NCBI GenBank assembly: GCA_964428255.1 | Contig: CAYRXI010000012.1 | Location: forward strand, 5,708-34,741 | Source: an uncultured Candidatus Sumerlaeota bacterium | GTDB taxonomy: Bacteria > Sumerlaeota > Sumerlaeia > MWCT01 > JAGHBZ01 | Reading direction: 5' to 3' | Length of the DNA: 29,034 nt | Shown here: piece by piece, positions 9,064-17,354 of the stretch | Layout: each line of letters opens with the position of its first letter | Numbering within the stretch: the stretch's first letter is position 1 | The notes under the pieces: model-generated | Database searches by the model: none | The model's input: the letters and a program-made list of their open reading frames with translations, nothing else | What the model was told of the DNA's origin: nothing | Translations under genes and position numbers: made by a program

Positions 9064-9519
9064 ATGGAACAGGTAATTGTAAAAAATGAAGCAACAGAAT
9101 CTTCTCTATATGAGCGTCAAATGGCACTATTCAGACAATTACTGGCTGAAGACTGGGAAACTGCCATCCAGATTTGTGGAATGTGGCACATTCACGGGTT
9201 AACACCCGAGGAAAAGATGCAACTATTTGAAAAATTTGGATTTACGCTCTGCCAGGCACAGGAGTTCTATGACCTGGGTGTGCGGGCAGCCTTGAATAAT
9301 AATTTTAAAGATGCGGAGAAATATTTTAAACTCGCCCTTGAAAATAATCCCCAATTTACTGAAGCCATTTATAACCTGGCACTAACTTATGAGCACATGG
9401 GCAATCTCAAGAAATCGCTGGAACTCTGGGAATTATATCTGGACAAAGTAGGACCCAATCATCCTGACCATCCAGTAGTCAAATCTCACATCCGCACGTT
9501 AAAGAAGAAGGAGAGTTAA
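9064..9519 (+). CDS. Small tetratricopeptide-repeat protein
   Basis: Two TPR-like units (YDLGVRAALNNNFKDAEKYFKLALENNPQFTEAIYNLALTYEHMGNLKKSLELWELYL). Start moved from the ORF-track 9040 to the ATG at 9064, which follows SD-like AAAGGGG. Confidence 0.85.
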   Translation: MEQVIVKNEATESSLYERQMALFRQLLAEDWETAIQICGMWHIHGLTPEEKMQLFEKFGFTLCQAQEFYDLGVRAALNNNFKDAEKYFKLALENNPQFTEAIYNLALTYEHMGNLKKSLELWELYLDKVGPNHPDHPVVKSHIRTLKKKES

Positions 9520-9586
9520 TTTAGCTCTACAAACTTTTTCGTTGGGCTTCGGTTTAGGTAATTCTGATTTTTTCTGTTGTGCCAAA

Positions 9587-10951
9587 TTATGGGGTGTTAG
9601 GTTTTATGGCGTAATACCTTATCATAACCACCAGGTCATCCGTTGCAGGATTCCCCTTACTAAAAATTCTGTCAGGTCCACAGCTGATTAACTTGCCATA
9701 TACATTGCCGGAAACTTCACTTTTACCTACAACATAGCGAATAGGTGAATCCCAGCGGTCTCTGGGAGGAATCTCACCGCGGTAATACGGACCTTTCCAG
9801 CCTCCAACGCCGGGATTTTCCGACAGCACTTTAAATCCTTGCTCTTCGGTGGGTATCGTACCAGTGTCTTTATAGTATTCTTCAAAAATACTTGCCAGGC
9901 GTTCCAGTTTCTTCGTTTCTGCTTCAATTATATTATGTTCACGTGCTTCCATCTCCAGACGATAAGTCTGTGCCAAAGGTGCCACAATTGCACCACTGGC
10001 TGGTGAAACGAGCCCCAGACTTTCTACCTTCTGTGCGAATTGGTCCCAGTAATCCCATTCCGCGCGTTCTCGCGGGTCCGCGGGTCGTGGAGGAGAAATC
10101 TGCCCCTGACGCGTGACTACTACTTCGGTCAACGTGGGTATTTCTACTTTCTCCTGGGTGAGGTTACTGATGGTTTCGACTTTGCCCTCAAAGACTGCTA
10201 CTCGTGAACCATCCTGCTCGCTAATTGCAATTTTAAATAATGTGCCGCGCACACCTGCTGTTAAGTCTGGAGTTGTTACCTGATAATTAACCAACCCGCC
10301 GCCCGGTGTTATTTTATTCCACACCGCACCACCTTTAAGTTCCAGCGTGATGTTATTGCCATCTGGAGAGACACTTTTTAAAATCAAGTGCGAGTTTGGC
10401 GGTAAGCGAACTTCACCTCTACCACGGATGCTGATTTTAACCCTACCGTCGCCATTAAGAATCTCATCGCCCACTTTAAGTTGCATATCGTCCTGGGCTT
10501 TAATCCATTCGCCAGCAGCTGAGCGCCGTATTTTTACGTCATCTACCACTCCAAATAACACCGCATCATACCCGGGCTGGATAGACGGGGGAGGCTGAGG
10601 AGTGGGAGTTGGTCCTGCCGGCACCTGGGAGGTGGCGACCTGTGGTGATTGTCCTGCTAATTTCTCTGTTTTATTTTGCTCCTGAGAAGCGGTAGTTTGC
10701 AGCCCGGCATCTGCCTCTTTATCCCCTCCTTTTGTTTGCTTATCATTATAAGAAACGCGCTTAATTTTTAACTTATCAAACTCTAATTTACCATACTGCT
10801 CGGTTTGTATGATAATCTTTTCCTTGCTTTCTTTCAAAATGTTACCCGTGATTTTCTGTCCATCAAGGAGCTCTATTTCATCAGCTCTTGTAATGAGCAT
10901 CAGGGAAAGCAACAGCGCAAAACTCAGCCAGAATATGTTATGCCGAAACAT
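9587..10951 (-). CDS. Secreted/periplasmic protein: small N-terminal beta domain + Pro-rich linker + FecR domain + C-terminal GspG (T2SSG) pseudopilin head domain
   Basis: Signal I peptide MFRHNIFWLSFALLLSLMLITRA|DE; FecR motif TTPDLTAGVRGTLFKI...VAVFEGKV; GspG motif YYKDTGTIPTEEQGFKVLSENP...WKGPY...PRDRWDSPIRY...SCGPD. Start placed at 10951 because a promoter lies inside the ORF-track extension to 11128. Confidence 0.85.
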   Translation of the reverse strand: MFRHNIFWLSFALLLSLMLITRADEIELLDGQKITGNILKESKEKIIIQTEQYGKLEFDKLKIKRVSYNDKQTKGGDKEADAGLQTTASQEQNKTEKLAGQSPQVATSQVPAGPTPTPQPPPSIQPGYDAVLFGVVDDVKIRRSAAGEWIKAQDDMQLKVGDEILNGDGRVKISIRGRGEVRLPPNSHLILKSVSPDGNNITLELKGGAVWNKITPGGGLVNYQVTTPDLTAGVRGTLFKIAISEQDGSRVAVFEGKVETISNLTQEKVEIPTLTEVVVTRQGQISPPRPADPRERAEWDYWDQFAQKVESLGLVSPASGAIVAPLAQTYRLEMEAREHNIIEAETKKLERLASIFEEYYKDTGTIPTEEQGFKVLSENPGVGGWKGPYYRGEIPPRDRWDSPIRYVVGKSEVSGNVYGKLISCGPDRIFSKGNPATDDLVVMIRYYAIKPNTP

Positions 10952-10987
10952 TCCATCTTTACTACAGGTCTGAAATTCTATAAAATT

Positions 10988-11016
10988 AGGATATATCGGT
11001 TGTCTGGTAAAGTCAA
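10988..11016 (-). promoter_or_regulatory. Sigma70-type promoter for the FecR-GspG gene
   Basis: Minus strand TTGACT-N17-TATCCT, 36 nt upstream of the ATG at 10951. Confidence 0.6.
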
Positions 11017-11292
11017 CACACCTATCTCTAACAAATATTTTACTCACTAATGTTTTTTTAAAACTCAAAAACATCAAAAGAATTTTTTCTACGATGTGGA
11101 ATAAGTTCAGTATAAGCAAGTGATGCATTATAGCTCTGAATAAAAGGTCATACGGGACGCAGGCGATTAGTGTGACAAAGGGAAAAGGTCTGGTGGAACA
11201 ATTGATAAATTAAAGATAATCAAAGGCATAAAGTATCTGAAAAAATCCTGCGAGAATAATTAGTATTGTCTTTTTAATCTTTTGCTGACGGC

Positions 11293-12468
11293 TTATTTCT
11301 CGCCGATTACACGAACGAGATTCCAGTATGGTAATAATAAGCCCAGAGCGATGAAAATCACCACAAAACCTAAAAAGACTATCAATAGTGGTTCAATTAA
11401 GGCGGTCAAGCCCTTGAGGCTGGCATCCACATCTGTTTCATAAACATCTGCGATTTTATTTAGCATCATATCAAGTGCGCCTGCTTCATCACCTATGGCA
11501 ATCATATCCACCACCAGCGGAGGAAATACCGGGTTTTTACGCAAAGGCTCATCCATTTTTCCCCCGCGTTCCACATTATCATGAGTTTGCTTGATAGCTT
11601 CTGCTACCACCACATTTTCCGCGGTTCGGAAGGCTACATTTAAGACTTCCAGCAGAGGTATCCCGGCTGCTAGTAGCCCGCCAGCAGTGCGGGTAAAACG
11701 CGCAACATTTATCTTAACGTTTATCGGTCCCATAATGGGGAGTTTTAACTTAAGCCAATCATACATCCGTCTTCCCACCGGAGTCCGCCCATAGGCAATC
11801 AATAACACAATTGCAACCACAAGCAGAGGCACATAGATTAATGGATAATCCTGAACAAAATGAGACACAGCCAGAATGATACGTGTGACTCCCGGTAATT
11901 GTGCAGCCTGTTCCTTATATACCTGCTCAAAGCGGGGAATAGCTACCACTAACATTAAGATAATTATACCTATAGACATCAGTAAAGCTGCTACTGGATA
12001 GGCTACGGCAGAGAAGATTTTTTTCTTGATGTCTGCCTTTTTCTCCAGAATATCTGCCAGGCGTTTGAGTGAACTCTCCAGAATACCGCCGACTTCTCCG
12101 ACTTTTACCACGTTAACAAACAATGGAGAAAACACTCTGGGAAACTTTGCCAGAGCGGAGCTGAGGCTTTGTCCTTCTTCCACACTTTTTGCCACTTCCC
12201 CGACTACTTTTTTCAGGCGCGGATGCTGGGTACGCTCACTGAGTATTTTTAAACTCCGTAAGAGCGGGATGCCCACATCCAAAAGTGTTGCCAGCTGGCG
12301 GCAAAAGGTTGCCATATCCCGAATATTAGGTGGCAACAAGCCTAACTCACGAGTAAACACTGAGGGTTGCGGAGTGCGTGCCGGGGCTGTATCACGGGGC
12401 GGCTCTATTTTTATTACCGGCTGCGCCTCCTCTCCCGGTTTACTTATTTTCTTCTCGTCAGCTACCAT
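11293..12468 (-). CDS. pilC: Type II secretion system F family / type IV pilus platform protein (GspF/PilC)
   Basis: FCRQLATLLDVGIPLLRSL, GEVGGILESSLKRLAD, AYP + TM, ARFTRT..GLLAAGIPL, IGDEAGALDMMLNKIAD, LIEP + TM. Confidence 0.93.
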   Translation of the reverse strand: MVADEKKISKPGEEAQPVIKIEPPRDTAPARTPQPSVFTRELGLLPPNIRDMATFCRQLATLLDVGIPLLRSLKILSERTQHPRLKKVVGEVAKSVEEGQSLSSALAKFPRVFSPLFVNVVKVGEVGGILESSLKRLADILEKKADIKKKIFSAVAYPVAALLMSIGIIILMLVVAIPRFEQVYKEQAAQLPGVTRIILAVSHFVQDYPLIYVPLLVVAIVLLIAYGRTPVGRRMYDWLKLKLPIMGPINVKINVARFTRTAGGLLAAGIPLLEVLNVAFRTAENVVVAEAIKQTHDNVERGGKMDEPLRKNPVFPPLVVDMIAIGDEAGALDMMLNKIADVYETDVDASLKGLTALIEPLLIVFLGFVVIFIALGLLLPYWNLVRVIGEK

Positions 12469-12502
12469 AGTTTATGCTCCCTTTCTTCCAAGTTTAAATT
12501 TT

Positions 12503-14758
12503 CTATACTAAACTAATGTTTTCCAAAACCTCTTCTACAGTGGTAATTCCTTCAAAAATCTTTTTAATTCCACTCTGCATTAAACTGCTCATTCCTTTTT
12601 TCACTGCGGTATCAAAAATCTTTTGTTCACTTGAATGTTTTATAATTAAATTCCGAATCTCATCATCCACTTGTAATATTTCAAACACCCCGATTCTCCC
12701 GTAATATCCAGTCTGTAAACAGTAATCACAGCCCGCGCCTCTATACATTTCGCGTTCGGTGGTCGCTGGTAAGCCCAGCGCTTGAAAGACAGCTTTTTCT
12801 GGCTTATAAGCCACCTTACATTTGGGGCAAATCTGCCGCACAAGCCTTTGAGCTACAATCCCGATTACTGCACTGGCAATTAAATATGGGGCAATACCCA
12901 TTTGAATAAGTGGAGCAAAAGCACTAGCTGTTGTATTGGCATGGAGAGTGCTAAAAACGAGATGCCCGGTTAACGCGGCACGGATTGCGATTCTGGCAGT
13001 TTCATCATCGCGAATCTCACCTACCAGTATCACATCCGGATCCTGGCGCAGAATAGACCTTAGCCCGTTAGCAAAAGTAAGGTCAATGTTGTAATCCACC
13101 TGCACCTGGTTAATTCCATCTAACTGATATTCTACAGGGTCTTCAATGGTCACTATATTGCGGTCAATCCTGTTAATTAAATTTAAGGCTGAATATAAGG
13201 TGGTAGTTTTGCCACTGCCAGTCGGTCCGGTAACCAGAATCATTCCGTAGGGCTTCCGAATAAGAGATTCCATTATGGCTTGCTGTTCTTTATCCAGACC
13301 GAGCTCTGCCAAGCCCTTCAACACCGTGCTCTTTTCTAAGATTCTCATCACGATTTTCTCGCCCAAATTGGTCGGCAGCGAAGAGACCCGAAAATCAAAA
13401 TATTTCTCCTCCAGATTAAGTCCAATATGCCCGTCTTGAGGCCTACGGCGCTCGGTAACGTCCATATTTGCAAGCACTTTAATCCGGCTAATTACTGAGA
13501 GTTGAACGTCACGGGGGATGTGCATAATGTTATGTAATTTGCCATCAATCCGATAACGCACCCGCAGACCTTCCCGTAATGGCTCTAAATGTATGTCTGT
13601 TGCCCGAGTGGCTATAGCCGTTTCTATCAATGAATTCACCAGCTGCACTGTTGACTGGCTGTCCACCAGAGTGCGGATCCGCCGAAGCTGAGGTTCCCCT
13701 ACCACTACACCGTCTCTGCTCGTTCCCGTAGCAGAAGTAGATACTTCAGCGGGCTTCACAGCTTGCCTGGCTTCAACCGCAGGAGCAACTGTCATTCTTC
13801 TAACAGACTGTGATTCTTCAGCCGTTCGCGATGCTGGTTCTGCGATTTTTTCTTCTCTCAAAATCAGGTTAATTTTATTGATAATCTCTTCTTGCAAGGC
13901 AAAATACGGCAATACATACTTACCTGTAATTAATGAAATCGTGTCAGAGAGTGTGAGAAGTAAGGGGTCTGGCATAGCTGCTAATATTTGCTTATCCGTG
14001 ATCAGAAGCAGTAAGAATAGCTCACGACGTAAAAAGCTGGTCGGGATTTTAGCAAGTAACTCGCGGGAGACTGGGGTTTCTCGTAGATTGACCGTGGGGA
14101 GATACAAGCCTTTTGCCACCAGTTCCAGCAGTTCGGTTGAACCAAGTTTACTTTTAGCTGCCCAGATTTTACTAATCTCCTCTCCGGTAGTTTCACTCTC
14201 TGCCAGAATTTCCTGCACCAGGTTTTTATCTATCAATTTATTATACTCCAGAATCTCCAGTGCCAGTCGGAGCCTGTTCTGGCGCGAAAATTTGTTGTTT
14301 CCCTTTTCCACAACTTTGGCAATCATCTCAGGTGTAATAAGCTCCCGCTCTAAAAGCACATTATAGGCAGTGTCGCCCAGACGGCTTACGATATCTCTGG
14401 CTTCGGCGTATTCTTCTTCAGTCAGGATTTTATTCTGCCATAAAATTTCCACCAGTGTCTTAGCGTCTGGTCTATGAGTATTGAGTAATGACTGTAATTC
14501 TTGATATGACAGTTGTACCTCTTTACCGAGTGCCAGCTGAATCTCCTGGCGTTGTGGTTTACTTACAAAGGGGATTTTAATAATCTCATAGGTGAGTAAT
14601 TCTTTGTAAGTTTTCAGGCTTAGCGCATCCGAGGTCAGGATTTTACCAAAGCTTTTCCCCTCGCTGACAAATTGCTTTTGTGCTTTTTGCCAGTCTGCCT
14701 CGTTTATCAAGCCAGCTTCTTTAAATAATCCGGCTAATCTGATGCTTGAGTCTTTCAT
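12503..14758 (-). CDS. pilB: GspE/PilB-family extension ATPase with extended N-terminal region
   Basis: ATDIHLEP, RRPQDG, Walker A GPTGSGKT, TIEDPVE, LRQDPDVILVGEIRD, LTGHLVFSTLH, tetracysteine CPKC...CDYC. GspE and PilB cannot be distinguished from motifs alone. Confidence 0.93.
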   Translation of the reverse strand: MKDSSIRLAGLFKEAGLINEADWQKAQKQFVSEGKSFGKILTSDALSLKTYKELLTYEIIKIPFVSKPQRQEIQLALGKEVQLSYQELQSLLNTHRPDAKTLVEILWQNKILTEEEYAEARDIVSRLGDTAYNVLLERELITPEMIAKVVEKGNNKFSRQNRLRLALEILEYNKLIDKNLVQEILAESETTGEEISKIWAAKSKLGSTELLELVAKGLYLPTVNLRETPVSRELLAKIPTSFLRRELFLLLLITDKQILAAMPDPLLLTLSDTISLITGKYVLPYFALQEEIINKINLILREEKIAEPASRTAEESQSVRRMTVAPAVEARQAVKPAEVSTSATGTSRDGVVVGEPQLRRIRTLVDSQSTVQLVNSLIETAIATRATDIHLEPLREGLRVRYRIDGKLHNIMHIPRDVQLSVISRIKVLANMDVTERRRPQDGHIGLNLEEKYFDFRVSSLPTNLGEKIVMRILEKSTVLKGLAELGLDKEQQAIMESLIRKPYGMILVTGPTGSGKTTTLYSALNLINRIDRNIVTIEDPVEYQLDGINQVQVDYNIDLTFANGLRSILRQDPDVILVGEIRDDETARIAIRAALTGHLVFSTLHANTTASAFAPLIQMGIAPYLIASAVIGIVAQRLVRQICPKCKVAYKPEKAVFQALGLPATTEREMYRGAGCDYCLQTGYYGRIGVFEILQVDDEIRNLIIKHSSEQKIFDTAVKKGMSSLMQSGIKKIFEGITTVEEVLENISLV

Positions 14759-14776
14759 CTCACTATTTGCCAGTAG

Positions 14777-15226
14777 CTAAAATTTTTGCGAGAGCAAAAT
14801 ATCTACTCTGCGCTTTGTCTTCAAATTAGTTAAATAGGTCCTTTCTAATTTATAACTATCTTCGCCCACCCTGTATTCCACCTCAACCACCGCTTTGACA
14901 TCACCTTCCTGATAATTAATACCGGCTCTACTATATAGCTCATTACTCTCGGCAATTGGCTCTGCGCGCACATATAAAATCACGTCCGGCAATTTATAAT
15001 TTCTGCCTGTAACGTTAGTTAATACTTGCTGATGAAGCTCCCGTTTTAATTTTGCCAGCCCGCTGTCTGCAAATGAATCGAGTTTGGTACGAATTACGTT
15101 GAGACTCAAACGGTCATACAACGCACTGGAAGTAAGGGCAACTGTGCCAATCATAATAAACATCACTGCCAGCACTCCCAGTGCAGCAATCAAGGCAAAC
15201 CCACGCTTTTCGTGAATATCTCTCAT
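14777..15226 (-). CDS. GspK/PilX-like minor (pseudo)pilin
   Basis: Class III signal KRG|FALIAALGVLAVMFIMIG with a hydrophobic residue instead of Glu at +5, diagnostic of GspK/PilX; much shorter than typical GspK. Confidence 0.75.
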   Translation of the reverse strand: MRDIHEKRGFALIAALGVLAVMFIMIGTVALTSSALYDRLSLNVIRTKLDSFADSGLAKLKRELHQQVLTNVTGRNYKLPDVILYVRAEPIAESNELYSRAGINYQEGDVKAVVEVEYRVGEDSYKLERTYLTNLKTKRRVDILLSQKF

Positions 15227-15237
15227 TGTATTCTTCC

Positions 15238-15861
15238 TTATTTTATTAATCGCATCGCCGAAGTTAATACCAATGGCTTTACCAATCCCTCTTTATCGCT
15301 TACCACTATTTTCCATCTAATTAACACCGGCGACTGAGTCTCTGTCAGTTCAGGGACCCATCTTGCCTCTAAATTATTAAATTCTCTGGCATAGGCAAAT
15401 TCTATTGTGGTGCTGATCTTGGCTTCTTTTGAACCAAGAATAATGGATTCGTCAGGAAGAACAGAGGTTGCAGTAGCTGGTTTATCTATTAACATCACTC
15501 TATTCTCATCGCCACTTTCAGACTTCACATTTTTAAAGGTGGCTAATCGTAACTCAGGGGTTTGACCGGGTAACATCCAGAAGAGAGTAAGAGTATTATC
15601 TTTAAACTCCGGCTTACCAATAGCTGTTTTCACTCTTTCAGAGGGGATATAACCTGCCAGCATCTGCTCCAGCTTTTGGGCAATTAACGTGGCTTCCTGT
15701 AGCATTATAGCTTCTATATTCCTCTTTTTTGCTGCAGTATTAGTAGCAATAAAGATTTCCAGCAGCAGACCCAGAATCATCCCGCCAATCACCAGCACAG
15801 CTAAGATCTCAATTAAAGTAACAGCTCTAATCTTGCGAATATTTTGGGTATTCCACTTCAT
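15238..15861 (-). CDS. GspJ/PilW-like minor (pseudo)pilin
   Basis: Basic leader then RA|VTLIEILAVLVIGGMILG (Glu at +5; Ala rather than Gly at -1). Confidence 0.75.
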   Translation of the reverse strand: MKWNTQNIRKIRAVTLIEILAVLVIGGMILGLLLEIFIATNTAAKKRNIEAIMLQEATLIAQKLEQMLAGYIPSERVKTAIGKPEFKDNTLTLFWMLPGQTPELRLATFKNVKSESGDENRVMLIDKPATATSVLPDESIILGSKEAKISTTIEFAYAREFNNLEARWVPELTETQSPVLIRWKIVVSDKEGLVKPLVLTSAMRLIK

Positions 15862-15863
15862 AA

Positions 15864-16271
15864 TTATTCCTCACCGGCTATGACATATGCGGTTAATTTA
15901 ACCGCAGAATTCGAAAAATTTTTACGGGCTACTGTGACTTCCAGCCGTAATGTATCACTGGTCTCCTGGTTCAGCCCCCATTGCCATTCAAATTGAGGGC
16001 TCTCAGGCAAAGTTGCAGGCGAGATAACAAAGTCCCCTGCGCGTTGTTTAAAATAAGTAAATAGCTTATCGGGACCTGCTGCTTGCAGTTCAGCCATTTT
16101 GCCCCGCGCTAAATACAAAGACTGTGTCCTAAAGACCGCACGTTCACCCAGTCGTTGCGAGGTAAAATACAAATCCAGTAAGGCATAGAGTCCAAATATC
16201 AACACCACGAGTGCAATAAGCACTTCTATGTAAGTAATACCTGCAATTTTATTTGTCTGTCTTTTTGTCAT
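15864..16271 (-). CDS. GspI/PilV-like minor (pseudo)pilin
   Basis: AG|ITYIEVLIALVVLIFG class III signal; 135 aa; later A..LAR.KMAEL and LEVTV patterns typical of PilV/GspI. Confidence 0.8.
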   Translation of the reverse strand: MTKRQTNKIAGITYIEVLIALVVLIFGLYALLDLYFTSQRLGERAVFRTQSLYLARGKMAELQAAGPDKLFTYFKQRAGDFVISPATLPESPQFEWQWGLNQETSDTLRLEVTVARKNFSNSAVKLTAYVIAGEE

Positions 16272-16322
16272 TTCTGTGAGTTATCTTTCTCTGCTGGTTT
16301 TTATCCATTATAAAACAAATTA

Positions 16323-16353
16323 ATAGTAACAAATAATAACCTTATCCTGTCAA
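16323..16353 (-). promoter_or_regulatory. Possible promoter for the pilin/gsp operon
   Basis: Minus strand TTGACA-N19-TACTAT with an extended -10 TGn (TGT-TACTAT); the spacer is longer than optimal. Confidence 0.45.
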
Positions 16354-16375
16354 GTGTAAATAAAATTTTTATCTA

Positions 16376-17206
16376 TCAAGTAGTCGTAACGATTAAGCGA
16401 ATAAGTTCCGCTAACCGACTGGCTACTTCCTCAGCTGCTTGGATTACCTCTTCATGAGTGGTCTTCTTAAGTGGAATCTCCGCTAACGTATTACTTATGA
16501 ATGAAATCCCGAGCACCTCAATGCCCAGTGAGGCAGCAGCCATAGCTTCTGGTACTGTGGACATTCCTATAGCATCGCCACCAAGTGCGCGCAAGTAGCC
16601 TACCTCGGCTGACGTCTCGTAGGAAGGACCGGTAGTTGCAATATATACACCACTGCGCAGAAAGAAGCCTTCACGTTTTGCCTGTGCCAGCACGCGGTTG
16701 CGCCAGGTTGGCGAAAAAACTGTGGCAAGATCCAGCCTGTAAAACTTGCTATACGCTGGAAATTCTCGCAGAAAAAATGGCTTAAAGGTGAGATTAATTC
16801 CTTCGGTAATCAGCATTAAGTCACCCACATTAAAGGCAGGATTCAACCCGCCTGCTGCATTGGTAAGAATTAGCCGAGGAACTTTGAATTCTCCCAGCAG
16901 AAAGATAGGAAATACAACCCGTGCAAGGGATTCTCCTTCATATATATGTTTTCTGCCACTAAAGAGAAGAACTTCCTGCTGGATGATTTTTCCAAACACC
17001 AGCTCACCCTTATGTCCAGCAACCGTTGCGTGCGGATAATAAGGAATTTCAGCATACGGAATGCGCTCACTAACAGTGATGATTTTTTCCAATGCTTCAC
17101 CAAGCCCTGAACCAGCAACTATAGCTATTTTAGGAGTGATTTTAACTGTATGTCGGAGAAATTCAGCAGCTGCCTTTATGGACTCTTCATAACTGATGGT
17201 TGACAT
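16376..17206 (-). CDS. punA: Purine nucleoside phosphorylase (trimeric, PNP I / xanthosine phosphorylase type)
   Basis: GSGLG, GHKGELVFG, GRKHIYEG, TNAAGGLN, GPSYET.AE, GGDAIGMSTVPE, ISN. Confidence 0.93.
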   Translation of the reverse strand: MSTISYEESIKAAAEFLRHTVKITPKIAIVAGSGLGEALEKIITVSERIPYAEIPYYPHATVAGHKGELVFGKIIQQEVLLFSGRKHIYEGESLARVVFPIFLLGEFKVPRLILTNAAGGLNPAFNVGDLMLITEGINLTFKPFFLREFPAYSKFYRLDLATVFSPTWRNRVLAQAKREGFFLRSGVYIATTGPSYETSAEVGYLRALGGDAIGMSTVPEAMAAASLGIEVLGISFISNTLAEIPLKKTTHEEVIQAAEEVASRLAELIRLIVTTT

Positions 17207-17354
17207 TGCTCTAATCTCTTGTCCTCATTTCTGGCGAAAAATCACGCGGAATAAAACAACTAAATGAGGCAAAAATTTTTAATCTCTGCTAAGGACGAGT
17301 CTATAACAGCGTTTGCCTAATAGTACCTGGCAGTGGAGCTGTGTTATCTACTGA

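Noticed and set aside
9064-9260. CGMWHIHG segment of the TPR protein as a metal-binding site
   Set aside because: It is a single occurrence with no recognisable spacing pattern, and cannot be supported without homologue conservation.
10952-11128. 59-codon N-terminal extension of the FecR-GspG ORF given by the ORF track
   Set aside because: It contains a good sigma70 promoter, and the signal peptide begins only at Met 10951.
11154-11161. GGGACGCA resembling part of a c-di-GMP-I riboswitch
   Set aside because: It lacks the upstream GCAAAC/GNRA hairpin and the following AAAG, and it is on the opposite strand to both flanking genes.
17223-17347. Inverted repeats CCTCATTT/AAATGAGG and ATAACAGC/GCTGTGTTAT between the hydrolase and punA
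   Set aside because: The arms are short (8 bp), widely spaced and have no U-tract; consistent with chance.
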